Source: Candidatus Heimdallarchaeota archaeon (lineage in GTDB: Archaea > Asgardarchaeota > Heimdallarchaeia > JABLTI01). Taken from it: a DNA stretch of 64,000 nucleotides. The notes beneath the pieces are model-generated. The model was not told where the DNA came from. It made no database searches and saw only the letters and a program-made list of their open reading frames with translations. Position 1 is the stretch's first letter. Every line of letters starts with the position of its first letter. The stretch is from the NCBI GenBank assembly GCA_019056785.1, contig DXJV01000084.1, positions 1,489-65,488 on the forward strand, read 5' to 3'. Made by a program: the position numbers and the translations under genes. Positions 8,273 through 17,771 of the stretch are shown piece by piece.

Positions 8273-9382
8273 ATGAATATCAAGTCCCGGAAATATCAAC
8301 AAGGAGCCGTTACACTCGTCCCTGAGACTATCGATGACCTTTACATTTTATATAATATTATCTTACCAAATGATCAAGTTAAAGCCAGGACCACCCGCAG
8401 AGTGAGGCAAAACGAGCAAGAAGAAAATCGGGCCAGTAAAGGCGAACGAATGACGATGGTTCTGACAGTACAGGTTGAAGAAGTAAGCTTTCATGAATTT
8501 GCGACGCGATTACGAATAAAGGGGAAAATCATTGCTGGTCCTGAGGACCTCATCTCTTTTGGGACATATCACACCTTAAATGTTGAAATAGGAACGCTTT
8601 TAACCATTTATAAAGAGAGCTGGAATAAGGTAGATATTGAACGTATCGAAGAAGCAGCAAAGAAAACATCCAGTGCAAAAGTAATCATTGTTGCAATAGA
8701 TGATAATGAAGCCACAATTGCTGGTATAAGTACATTCTCAAGTACTATTATAGCACACTTTCGCGAACGGATCCCTAAAAAAGCTTCTTCCACCAAAGAT
8801 AAAATTCGCCATGAATTAATCCAAAAATTTTTTGCGAAAGTCACTTTTGGGATTGAAGAAGCTTTAGCCACCAAATTCCCAGACGTTGCAGCAATCATTA
8901 TCGCTGGGCCAGGATTTACCAAAGACCATTTCATTCGTTACCTTCAAGAAAGAAAGCGAGAGCTTAAATTTCCCGTTGAAAAGATTTTGGTTGAAACTGC
9001 TAGTTGTGGAGGGCCCAGTGCAATCAGCGAAATCATCAGTAAAAACATTTTAGGAAAAATAATCGAAGAGGAGCAAGCCAGTTCTGAGGCTATTTATATT
9101 GAGGAGGTTCTCAGTCGATTAGGACGCAATACTCAGACAGTTGCTTATGGAGATAATGCTATTGCTAGAGCTATAGAATTTGGCGCAGTTGAAACATTGC
9201 TAATAGTAGACAATCAATTACGGTTAAGGGATCGGGCAAAGAGAAAGGAGCTTGATGAGCTCTTATTAAAAGTTCGAAAAAACGGTGGGAAAATAGTTAT
9301 TATGAGTGAACAACACGAGTCAGGAAAACAAGTGGAAAAATTCGGCGGAAAAATCGCTCTCCTCAGATTTCCCATACAATAA
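8273..9382 (+). CDS. pelA: pelota (Dom34-like mRNA surveillance / ribosome rescue factor)
   Basis: N-terminus MNIKSRKYQQGAVTLVPETIDDLYILYNII..DQVKARTTRRV, a central aRF1-like domain, and a C-terminal ETLLIVD..GGKIVIMS. The ORF opens at ATG 8243; ATG 8273 fits the family N-terminus. Confidence 0.85.
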   Translation: MNIKSRKYQQGAVTLVPETIDDLYILYNIILPNDQVKARTTRRVRQNEQEENRASKGERMTMVLTVQVEEVSFHEFATRLRIKGKIIAGPEDLISFGTYHTLNVEIGTLLTIYKESWNKVDIERIEEAAKKTSSAKVIIVAIDDNEATIAGISTFSSTIIAHFRERIPKKASSTKDKIRHELIQKFFAKVTFGIEEALATKFPDVAAIIIAGPGFTKDHFIRYLQERKRELKFPVEKILVETASCGGPSAISEIISKNILGKIIEEEQASSEAIYIEEVLSRLGRNTQTVAYGDNAIARAIEFGAVETLLIVDNQLRLRDRAKRKELDELLLKVRKNGGKIVIMSEQHESGKQVEKFGGKIALLRFPIQ

Positions 9383-9394
9383 AAAGATCGGCTC

Positions 9395-10729
9395 TTAAGC
9401 AGGAACGCCAAAGAAAAGATTATGACGATTTCTCGTAATTCGAATCTTAATTTTCTTACCAATAGAGGGAGGAGAAACTTGTCTAACGTGAATTAGCCTT
9501 CTTCTTGCTGTAGCAAGCACTTCATTCTGCAATCGACCAGGTAAGACAATCTTTGCCTTGATGATCTCGTTTCGCTTCATTGGAATAGGTAAAAGTTTTG
9601 TTTTATACATTCCAAATATTTTCGGCGTTAAAACCAGGTCCTGGACACGGTATCTACTCTCCAACTCTCGAAGCTGTTTATAAAACAACTTAAAGTCTTT
9701 TTGTTTGACGCCTTTTACATGCCTCCCTTCAGAATAAATTTCATAATTTTGAATGCCAAATAAAGGATAAGAACTGTTTTTTCGTTTTTTCTTTGAAAAG
9801 AATTTTATGAGAAGCTCTATGTCTGAATCATTTATTTCCGGAATCCAAATGGGCGCCAATAATAAGGAGATGTTAGAATCAAGGATATATTCGGCTAACT
9901 CGAGCATTTTTTCTAAATTGTAATCACCGCGCCCGGCAAGTCGCTTGGCCAATTTTGAATCAAAGGCATTAATTGAAAGGTTAATTCGTGATAATTTAAC
10001 CGCACTTAATTCGTCGATGATTTGTTCATTTAAAAACCAACCATCAGTTTGTAACGAAACAACTGCTGTGTTATTGTTTTCCCATAACCTTTGAACTAAT
10101 TCGACAAGGTAAGGGTAGGACATAGGCTCACCCTGACCATCTATGTGGGCTTCTGCTCCATTCAGCTTTTTCTCAGAGAGAATATAATTATATGTTGATA
10201 TAAGATAATCAGGATCAACAATAAAATCACGTACCTTACTTTTAGAAGCAGGCCCCTCATCCACCGAACAAAAAGGACAATTTAAAGGGCAGCCAGTTAT
10301 TGGGCGAACTTGTAAAAGATTTGTCCCCCGATCAATTACACCAAAATACAAGGAACCGACTAGAGGAAAACCGAAAAAATCTGCCGGTATGAAAATTAGG
10401 GGTTTTTTCGTAGCACTATTTTTTAAATTATTAGGTAACTCAAGGGAAATAATTTCCCGGAGAGTACTTTCGAGAGCTTCTTTGTCAAGAGCACTTTTTG
10501 GTCCTATCATAAGTAAAATTTGACCGTTTTTGTTTTTACTGAAGTGCATCTGTTGGATAGAAGTAAAGTCCTGTTGTAATTCTAAAAGAAGGCTTTCTAT
10601 GGGGATCTCACCTCTCATTACTCCTTTTGTTAATATTAATGCTTCATCAGATAATGATAGAGAGAAAGGGAGCAATTCCGAAAGATTAAGTATTAATAAT
10701 TGCTCGCGTTTTGAGAAAGGCACGGTCAA
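9395..10729 (-). CDS. radical SAM protein (archaeal COG2100-like) with a C-terminal TRAM-like segment
   Basis: CxxxCxxC cluster motif GCPLNCPFCSVDEG with a TIM-barrel-like core. The C-terminus IIKAKIVLPGRLQNEVLATA..GKKIKIRITRNRHNLFFG has no cysteines, so there is no SPASM domain. Confidence 0.7.
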   Translation of the reverse strand: MTVPFSKREQLLILNLSELLPFSLSLSDEALILTKGVMRGEIPIESLLLELQQDFTSIQQMHFSKNKNGQILLMIGPKSALDKEALESTLREIISLELPNNLKNSATKKPLIFIPADFFGFPLVGSLYFGVIDRGTNLLQVRPITGCPLNCPFCSVDEGPASKSKVRDFIVDPDYLISTYNYILSEKKLNGAEAHIDGQGEPMSYPYLVELVQRLWENNNTAVVSLQTDGWFLNEQIIDELSAVKLSRINLSINAFDSKLAKRLAGRGDYNLEKMLELAEYILDSNISLLLAPIWIPEINDSDIELLIKFFSKKKRKNSSYPLFGIQNYEIYSEGRHVKGVKQKDFKLFYKQLRELESRYRVQDLVLTPKIFGMYKTKLLPIPMKRNEIIKAKIVLPGRLQNEVLATARRRLIHVRQVSPPSIGKKIKIRITRNRHNLFFGVPA

Positions 10730-10809
10730 TTCAAACCTGGCGAAGGTTATTATAAATAAAGAAATCAGGCAAGAGATTAAATAAAATTATTATGAAATGG
10801 ATTTTAGGA

Positions 10810-11295
10810 TTAAATACGAGGTCTTGACTTTAACCAGAAGAAAGTGACATACTCGAGGATTTTAAAGAAATCTTCTTTTTGACTTACAGAAACAAGACTG
10901 ATGTCATGCTCTTGGGGGTCATAGGTGACAATAATATCCATCGGTTCGCCTTTATAATCAATGTTAATTAATACTTGAATTTCTTCGATTGTTATTGCTT
11001 TTGAGATTTGAAAGATACGTCTAATTGCATTTAGCACACGCATGAAAGAGTCTCCGGACTCCATTTGCTCTAAAACAATGGTATTATTCACAAAAAGCCC
11101 ATCTTGAATTGCAGAAGTAAAAGTATTTTTTAACTCTTCATCGAAGGGTTCAGGAATTGGCGCAAGAATAATCTGGATAAATTGAACCGTGCCAATACTA
11201 TTTAATCGCTGAATACCTTCGGTTATTTTGTAGATTAACCGTTCAGTTTCAGCATCAATTTCCTCTTCTGCAGAGGCTTTTTCTACATCTGACAT
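10810..11295 (-). CDS. hypothetical protein (161 aa, acidic N-terminus)
   Basis: Clean ORF with protein-like composition. No motif recognised. Confidence 0.45.
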   Translation of the reverse strand: MSDVEKASAEEEIDAETERLIYKITEGIQRLNSIGTVQFIQIILAPIPEPFDEELKNTFTSAIQDGLFVNNTIVLEQMESGDSFMRVLNAIRRIFQISKAITIEEIQVLINIDYKGEPMDIIVTYDPQEHDISLVSVSQKEDFFKILEYVTFFWLKSRPRI

Positions 11296-11667
11296 TTATT
11301 TTCCTCCACTACAGATAAGAATTATAATTCCTAACAAGGAGTGAGCAAGCACTTTGCAAAGTTTCCTCAGAGATTCTTATCCAATTCTTTGGTTATATTA
11401 CTAATATGTTAAAGGGTTATATCAAGCTATCCTTAACAGTCATCTATAATCACAATAATACTTTTTATTTAATAAGCATTTTCTTGTGGAAATGATGTGT
11501 TTTTTCACCTCGAAAGTGTTTTTTAAGTGATAAAAAAAGGGGAAGGAGAACTTTTTTAATAACAAGTTTCAATAAAGCAAGAGGAATTATAAAAAATAAT
11601 AAAAAACTATTAGGTATAATTTTGTAAATTGTAAGAAAAGAAGCTAAAACTTTTCAGAGGAATTATT

Positions 11668-12729
11668 ATGACAAAAAAATACAAAATCGCTTTTATGCCA
11701 GGTGATGGCATTGGTAATGATGTTCTTGAAGCGGCCAGAATGGTGATCGAAGAAGGAACCGATTTCCAAGCAGAATTCATTCATGGTGACATTGGATGGG
11801 TGTTTTGGGAAAAAGAAGGAGATGCCTTGCCTGCACGAACAGTTGAAATGATGAAAGAAACAGATGCAGCATTATTCGGGGCAATCACATCAAAACCAAA
11901 TGTTAAAGGATATCGTTCACCAATCGTTCGCTTACGACAGATATTTAATCTTTATAGCAACATGCGCCCGTGTAAGGCATATGAAGGAAACCCCCTCAAT
12001 TACCGGGATGACATCGATTTGGTTGTTTTCCGAGAAAATACCGAAGGGCTCTATTCAGGTGTGGAATTCTATGATCTAAAAGAATTACAAAATATTGGTG
12101 TTTTTAAGAAATATGACATCAATAAGACAACCGTTTCTTGCCGTATTTTCACAGAAGAAGGGTGCAGAAGAATTATTAGGAGGGGATTTGAGTATGCACA
12201 AAAGAAAGGTTATCCCACAGTAACATTAGTTCACAAAGCAAATGTTATTCGAGCAACAGATGGAATGTTTCTAAGAATAGCCGAAGAGGTTGCTAAAGAC
12301 TTCCCGAAAATCGAAGTTTGGAAACAAAACATCGATGCTATGTGTATGCAACTTGTAAAGAATCCCCAGAAATTCGGAGTCATTGTAACCACAAATATGT
12401 TTGGTGATATTGTCTCAGACCTTACAGCCCAATTAGTTGGTGGCTTGGGCTTTGCCGCATCCGCCTCGACTTCGGATTCTTACGGTTTATTTGAACCTAC
12501 ACATGGAAGCGCACCAAAATACGCCGGACAGTATAAAGTGAATCCTATTGCAGCCATTCTCTCTGTAAAACTAATGTTTGAGTGGCTCGGAGAGAATAAG
12601 CTCGCAGAAGCAGTGGAAAATGCAGTTAAAAGGAATATTAAAGAGGGGAAGGTAAAAACATACGACCTTGGAGGAACCTCCTCAACTCTTGATGTTGCCA
12701 AAGACATCGTCCGAATCTTAAATGAATAA
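11668..12729 (+). CDS. isocitrate/isopropylmalate dehydrogenase family enzyme (3-isopropylmalate or homoisocitrate dehydrogenase-like)
   Basis: IAFMPGDGIGNDV, LFGAITSKP, VVFRENTEGLYSG, NMFGDIVSDL and FEPTHGSAPKYAG are beta-decarboxylating dehydrogenase motifs. Confidence 0.85.
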   Translation: MTKKYKIAFMPGDGIGNDVLEAARMVIEEGTDFQAEFIHGDIGWVFWEKEGDALPARTVEMMKETDAALFGAITSKPNVKGYRSPIVRLRQIFNLYSNMRPCKAYEGNPLNYRDDIDLVVFRENTEGLYSGVEFYDLKELQNIGVFKKYDINKTTVSCRIFTEEGCRRIIRRGFEYAQKKGYPTVTLVHKANVIRATDGMFLRIAEEVAKDFPKIEVWKQNIDAMCMQLVKNPQKFGVIVTTNMFGDIVSDLTAQLVGGLGFAASASTSDSYGLFEPTHGSAPKYAGQYKVNPIAAILSVKLMFEWLGENKLAEAVENAVKRNIKEGKVKTYDLGGTSSTLDVAKDIVRILNE

Positions 12730-12922
12730 AAGCTTGGCTTTTTTCATTTCTCCTTTTTTTGTAACAAAAAAGAAGCATAATTAAAAGAAAAAGATTAGGG
12801 GAAAAAGCAAAAGAAGAGTTGCAAAGCTTTTTAAATAGGCAAAAATCTTTCTTCTCGTGGTCAAAAGAAAATTTTTATACTAATGCCAAAAGCAATGATA
12901 AAAAAATGTGTGATGATAAAGT

Positions 12923-13213
12923 ATGCCAAAATCAAAAGGTTATAGACATAGCACAAGAAAACTCTTCAAGAAATCTCCAAGACAGAAAGGATTACAGCCA
13001 TTAGGTAGACTCTTAGTGAAGTACAAAGTCGGAGATCAAGTAGTCATCAAAATTGACCCTGCAGTTCAAAAAGGTATGCCTTACAGACGATATCACGGTA
13101 AATTTGGCGTTATCTCGGAAATTCGTGGCAGAGCCTATGTTGTTTCCATCAAAATGGGCAATGCAACAAAACAAATTATCGCTCGACCAGAACATGTTTA
13201 TCTGGCCAAATAA
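12923..13213 (+). CDS. rpl21e: ribosomal protein eL21 (L21e)
   Basis: MPKSKGYRHSTRKLFKK...YHGKFGVI. It sits in the conserved position upstream of rpoF. Confidence 0.9.
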   Translation: MPKSKGYRHSTRKLFKKSPRQKGLQPLGRLLVKYKVGDQVVIKIDPAVQKGMPYRRYHGKFGVISEIRGRAYVVSIKMGNATKQIIARPEHVYLAK

Positions 13214-13265
13214 CATAAATAGGTTAAATCAGTATTAGTTATTTACTTGCTCAAGGTGCTTAGTG

Positions 13266-13595
13266 ATGCCCAAAGAAATTATTTCAAAAAAACCTGTCTC
13301 GCTTCCGGAAGTTGTGACTATTTTCAATAAACGGAAGAAGACCGGCGAATTAGATTATCTACAAAAAGTGGCTTTAGATCATGCGCAAAAGTCTTCGAAA
13401 TTAACCGGAAAACAAGCCCGAACGCTCATTATAAAACTTATGAAAGAATTTGAACTTAGTGAACAGATTGCTATTTACATTGTGAACTTTATGCCAGAAA
13501 CAATTGACGAACTACGAGTATTTCTACAGGATGCTTCTAGAGTCTATTCTACCGATGAACTTCAAAAAATCCTCGGTTTATTAAAGAGCAAGTGA
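13266..13595 (+). CDS. rpoF: RNA polymerase subunit Rpo4 (RpoF)
   Basis: About 110 aa and helical, with VSLPEVVTIFNKRKK..LDYLQKVALDHAQK..FMPETIDELRVFL. Classical L21e-RpoF-DUF655 synteny. Confidence 0.8.
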   Translation: MPKEIISKKPVSLPEVVTIFNKRKKTGELDYLQKVALDHAQKSSKLTGKQARTLIIKLMKEFELSEQIAIYIVNFMPETIDELRVFLQDASRVYSTDELQKILGLLKSK

Positions 13596-13771
13596 AAAAC
13601 TATCAAGCATTACAACACGGCATTTGAACAATGGCCGGAAAAGATGCATTCTTATAGCGAAATAGTTTTTAAGGGAATATTTTAAATTAGATAATCCTTT
13701 AAAGTTAAACGACTCATAAATAATAGAAAGAAAAAGAAATCAAAAATGGCAATCTCAACAGTGAAGTAACA

Positions 13772-14440
13772 ATGTCTCAGAGAATTCCTCATGACAAAGG
13801 ACGCCCTTACGGCAAAAAGACTAATACCACACTGCGAAAACATAATAGCAACAAACAAAACAACAGGCCTAGTGGAGACAAGCAGAGGAAATATGAAGAA
13901 TACGCCTGGACCTTAGCATATCTTCCTGAAGGAAGCCCAACAGACCCAAACCCGTTTGGACAACGAGAACCAGTTATTCAAGCCGTGGGGGAAATTTGGT
14001 TCACGTTATTAGAACTTACACCGAAAAGAGGTATGGAAGTAGACCCCCTAGTAAGAATTGGTATTGGGAAAGACAATAGAACCATTGTTAATAGAATTAA
14101 AAGGAGAATCAGCTTTAATGACCTCTCACCAACCTCTGAAGCTGTTTTAGAAGATTGCATAAATGAAATCGTAAAAAATCAGGAATTCAGATTTGTTAAT
14201 TGGTTTAACAAGGCATCCTTAGTGACTTCGAGAATGCATGCATTTAAATTATTGCCTGGAATTGGGACAACGCACTTAGAAAACTTATTAGCTGAAAGAA
14301 ACAAAATTAATTTCACCTCATTCGAGGACATTGCAACACGAACCAAAGTTTCTGATCCTAAAAAATTAATTGTAGCCCGGATCCTTCGGGAACTTAGTAA
14401 TCCTGATGAAAAGTATCGCCTTTTCACACGCAAGCCTTAA
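13772..14440 (+). CDS. DUF655 / COG1491 nucleic-acid-binding protein (OB fold plus HhH)
   Basis: EEYAWTLAYLPEG, REPVIQAVGEIWFTLLELTPKRG, RIKRRISFNDLSP, and FKLLPGIGTTHLENLLAER..FTSFEDI. Conserved position after rpoF. Confidence 0.8.
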   Translation: MSQRIPHDKGRPYGKKTNTTLRKHNSNKQNNRPSGDKQRKYEEYAWTLAYLPEGSPTDPNPFGQREPVIQAVGEIWFTLLELTPKRGMEVDPLVRIGIGKDNRTIVNRIKRRISFNDLSPTSEAVLEDCINEIVKNQEFRFVNWFNKASLVTSRMHAFKLLPGIGTTHLENLLAERNKINFTSFEDIATRTKVSDPKKLIVARILRELSNPDEKYRLFTRKP

Positions 14441-14445
14441 TGGTC

Positions 14446-15135
14446 TTACAAAGTCTTTTTTTCTTCCTCAAATTGATCCAATATGACATTTATAATATTG
14501 ATTGCTTGTGGGAAATCTAAATTTTGAGTAAGCGAAATTGTTGTTATACGTTGCTTCTCTCCCAGTACAGGGGCTAGTAGTTTTTCTAAAGATAACTGCC
14601 CCAAGCTAAAAACAAAGAAAAGCATTTCGCATGCATTCGCGTGGCGTTTTAAAAGTTCCTCCAAACCATTAAAGAAGTTAGAGGAAGGAAGGTCAAAAGG
14701 AAAAGAGGTGCCTTCTTTATGAAAAATAAAACAATGAAAACTTTTTACCTGGGCAATGAAATTATCCAAGGGTTTTTGTTGAAATCGAGCAAGCAATCCA
14801 CGGTGAGGTTGAAACCATTCCTGATCAGCAAACAGTTCACTTTCGATTTTCTTTTTGACGGCGTCTTCTGCTTTCAATAAAATGGAACCTGAACTTCTCA
14901 GCTCTGGGCCAAGATAGCGGATAGTATTGCTTTGTATTGTAAAGATATGACTTTCAGGTTTCTCGATGAATATTTGAATTGTTAATTCTTCCCGCAAGGA
15001 ATGGGAAAGAAAGATGGCATTTGTAATCATTCTTGCCAGAGTGCCAATTACTGGTCGTTTGGATGAGTTAGAGATGTTCAAATCGCTCTTTGTAAAATGC
15101 AATTCAGGCAATAAGAAAAGAAAAACACGTTCCAT
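14446..15135 (-). CDS. SPOUT-type tRNA methyltransferase, TrmY (DUF358)-like
   Basis: ARMITNAIFLSHSLREEL and LGPELRSSGSILLKA resemble the TrmY motifs (AFFLSHxIRxD, LxPDERSxA) as I remember them. Confidence 0.5.
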   Translation of the reverse strand: MERVFLFLLPELHFTKSDLNISNSSKRPVIGTLARMITNAIFLSHSLREELTIQIFIEKPESHIFTIQSNTIRYLGPELRSSGSILLKAEDAVKKKIESELFADQEWFQPHRGLLARFQQKPLDNFIAQVKSFHCFIFHKEGTSFPFDLPSSNFFNGLEELLKRHANACEMLFFVFSLGQLSLEKLLAPVLGEKQRITTISLTQNLDFPQAINIINVILDQFEEEKKTL

Positions 15136-15179
15136 AAAGCAGACCTCGATAGGAACAATTTAGAAGAGGGAGCAGTTAG

Positions 15180-16586
15180 TTATCTTTTCTTACCTCGAGT
15201 GATTTTTTTAGGTGCTTTGCCATCTTGTTGCATCACCGCCGACAGATCAGGCATTGCAGGCATTTTTCCACCACGGCGACCGAATCCTTTCTTCATTCCT
15301 TTCATCATTTTCTTCATTTGATTGAATTGTCTTAATAATTGTTTTATTTCTCGGGCGTCCGTACCGGATCCTCTGGCAATCCGCTGGATTCGTGTACTTT
15401 TAATAATTTGTGGATTATCAAGCTCTTCGGCAGTCATGGATTCCATAATACACATAAATTTCTTCATATTTTCTTCAGAGGTATCTTCAAACCCTTCCGG
15501 CAAACCAGTTGAAAAGCCAGGTATGAAAGATAGGAGTTTGGATAGAGAACCCATTTTTCCCAAACTTTCCATTTGCTGGTACATATCTCGCAAAGTAAAC
15601 TTGCCACTTAGAAAAGCTTTGGCTGTTTCTTCATCCGGCTGGATTTGAGCTGCTTTTACACTCTCAATTAATGCTTCTAAATCACCCATGTTTAACAGTC
15701 GGCTTACAAAGCCGGTAGGATCGAATTTTTCAAGGTCGTTTACCTTCTCTCCCACACCAATGAATTTTATGGGCGCTTTTGTTGCAGCACAAGCACTTAA
15801 TGCACCACCACCTTTTGCAGAGCCATCTAATTTAGTAACAATAATACTGCCAATTTCTGTTGCTTCAGCAAATGCGAGGGCTTGTTCATATGCCTGCTGC
15901 CCAAGTGTGCCATCCAAAACAAGGATTATTTCATCGGGCTTAATTTGCTTAGCTATTTTAGCCATTTCTCGCAACATGCTTTTTTCTTCTTTATGGCGGC
16001 CGGCAGTATCAACAAGAATCACTTCATGCGTTTTTTGGAAATGACGGATACCATCACGAGCAAGTTTAACGGCATTTTTCTCATTGGGATCGCCATAAAC
16101 AGGAACATGAATAGAATCACCAAGCTGCTTCAATTGTTCGTAAGCACCAGGCCGATCTGAATCTGCACACACCAGAGCAGGTTTCATGCCACGCTTGTTT
16201 AGCCAATGACCTAGTTTCGCAACGATGGTTGTTTTACCTGAACCTTGAATACCAACAAATAAGAGCACATTCACTTTCCCGGGAGTGATATTTAATTTTT
16301 GACTTTTCCCACCCAGAATTTTTACCAATTCATCATGCACAATTTTGATGATGTGTTTTTGTCGGGGAATGCCTGGAGGCAGCTCCTCTTTTAAAGCACG
16401 TTTTTCGACATAGTTAGTTAACTCTATGGCAATCTCCAGTTTAACGTCAGCTTCCAAGAGTGCTTTCAAGAGATCGTTTTTCAATTGACGAACTAAGGAG
16501 GCATCAAATGTTCCTGCACCAACTAGTTTTTTCAGCGCTTTGGTAATGGATGAGCCCAATTTGCTTAGAACCACTTTTTGCACCAA
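15180..16586 (-). CDS. srp54: signal recognition particle protein SRP54
   Basis: N domain; G domain with GIQGSGKTT, DTAGRH and TKLDG; Met-rich M domain (MKKMMKGMKK). TTG start, with GTG alternatives a few codons in. Confidence 0.95.
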   Translation of the reverse strand: MVQKVVLSKLGSSITKALKKLVGAGTFDASLVRQLKNDLLKALLEADVKLEIAIELTNYVEKRALKEELPPGIPRQKHIIKIVHDELVKILGGKSQKLNITPGKVNVLLFVGIQGSGKTTIVAKLGHWLNKRGMKPALVCADSDRPGAYEQLKQLGDSIHVPVYGDPNEKNAVKLARDGIRHFQKTHEVILVDTAGRHKEEKSMLREMAKIAKQIKPDEIILVLDGTLGQQAYEQALAFAEATEIGSIIVTKLDGSAKGGGALSACAATKAPIKFIGVGEKVNDLEKFDPTGFVSRLLNMGDLEALIESVKAAQIQPDEETAKAFLSGKFTLRDMYQQMESLGKMGSLSKLLSFIPGFSTGLPEGFEDTSEENMKKFMCIMESMTAEELDNPQIIKSTRIQRIARGSGTDAREIKQLLRQFNQMKKMMKGMKKGFGRRGGKMPAMPDLSAVMQQDGKAPKKITRGKKR

Positions 16587-16855
16587 CGATTTTCAGATAA
16601 TTTCTTTACGAATACATTTTGTTAGGGATATGACTATTTAATCCTATCCTTATTATTGGTCTTCCTTTTCTTAACTAAAAACATTATTATAAACAAGAAT
16701 TGCCAGGTAAAAGACTATTAGCTATTCTATAAAAAGTGGTTATCTTGTAAAAAGCTTTATAATTAGACTTCAAAAATTATTTTAATGAAAAAAAGAAGAT
16801 AAGAGAAGTTTTTAAAAGCAATAAGAACTTTTGCGGATTTGGTTGTGATATTAAC

Positions 16856-17524
16856 TTGTATTACGTTGCTGAAGTTCGAGATACAATTCGGGTGGAACCA
16901 AATAGATTTGGTGAAAACTTGGAAGAAGTTGTACTTGAAATTTGTAGAGAAACATTCGAAGGAACAATTAATAAAGATCTTGGTTTCACTGTTGTCGTTA
17001 TAGATATCCAAGACATTGGCCCCGGAAGACTCATCCCAGGTGATGGTGCAGCATTTTATGATGTCATTTTCACCACCCTAAGTTACTTACCCGAAGACCG
17101 TGAATTCGTCATCGGCGATGTTGTTGAAGTTACCGATTTTGGTGTCTTCCTCCGTCTAGGTTGTGTAGATGCCCTTTGTCATGTAAGCCAGGTGTCAGAT
17201 GATTTCTTCTCCTATAATTCAAAACAAGGAGCCCTTATTGGTAGAGATAGCCAAAGAAGGATTAGCGTGGGAGATAGAGTACGGGCACGTATTATTTTGG
17301 TAACTATTGGAAAATCGCAGATTCGTGTCGGAGTGACAATGAGACAAGCGGGCTTAGGAGTAGAATCATGGATCGAAGAATGGAAGAAACAAAGTAAGAA
17401 AGGAGCAACAGCCACAACAACAGAAAAGAAGAAAACAGCTACAAAAAAGGCAACAACAAAGAAAACTACAACCGAGAAAAAAGATACTGCGAAAAAGAGT
17501 ACTGAAAAAAAGAAGAGTAAATAA
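16856..17524 (+). CDS. rpoE: RNA polymerase subunit Rpo7 (RpoE') with an appended ~48-aa Lys/Thr-rich tail
   Basis: MYYVAEVRDTIRVEPNRFG and an S1 domain GDVVEVTDFGVFLRLG..DALCHVSQV. The C-terminus is KKQSKKGATATTTEKKKTATKKATTKKTTTEKKDTAKKSTEKKKSK. TTG start. Confidence 0.9.
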   Translation: MYYVAEVRDTIRVEPNRFGENLEEVVLEICRETFEGTINKDLGFTVVVIDIQDIGPGRLIPGDGAAFYDVIFTTLSYLPEDREFVIGDVVEVTDFGVFLRLGCVDALCHVSQVSDDFFSYNSKQGALIGRDSQRRISVGDRVRARIILVTIGKSQIRVGVTMRQAGLGVESWIEEWKKQSKKGATATTTEKKKTATKKATTKKTTTEKKDTAKKSTEKKKSK

Positions 17525-17537
17525 AAAGGTGTAACGA

Positions 17538-17729
17538 ATGGCTAAAGCGTGTAAGACTTGTCACCGGATCATTGATGATAGCGAAGGGAATCAATGCCCT
17601 AATTGTAAAACCCATAATTTTTCTAAAGATTATTCTGGCGAAGTATATATTATAAATCCGGAGAAGTCTGAAATCGCTAAGAAACTTAATATTAAAAAAC
17701 CAGGGCTCTATGCATTGAGAGTAAGATAA
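17538..17729 (+). CDS. spt4: transcription elongation factor Spt4 (RpoE'')
   Basis: Zinc ribbon CKTCHRI..CPNC followed by GEVYIINPEKSEIAKKL. Sits directly after rpoE. Confidence 0.9.
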   Translation: MAKACKTCHRIIDDSEGNQCPNCKTHNFSKDYSGEVYIINPEKSEIAKKLNIKKPGLYALRVR

Positions 17730-17771
17730 ACACGCAGGGAAAAATTCAAGAGAATATGGTTGCTTTTTTTT

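Noticed and set aside
7440-10729. Cys-rich micro-ORF as a RiPP (SCIFF/ranthipeptide-like) precursor matured by the radical SAM enzyme at 9395..10729
   Set aside because: The rSAM gene is 1.8 kb away on the other strand, behind two unrelated genes. It also has no Cys-rich SPASM or twitch domain.
12819-13004. 61-aa ORF overlapping the rpl21e start
   Set aside because: It is out of frame with the well-supported L21e gene and covers its promoter. Its composition is not protein-like.
17378-17524. A-rich periodic DNA at 17378..17524 and 55572..55778 as a tandem repeat or CRISPR-like array
   Set aside because: Both lie in-frame inside long ORFs and encode Lys/Thr low-complexity tails. There are no exact repeat-spacer units. 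No CRISPR array was seen anywhere in the window.
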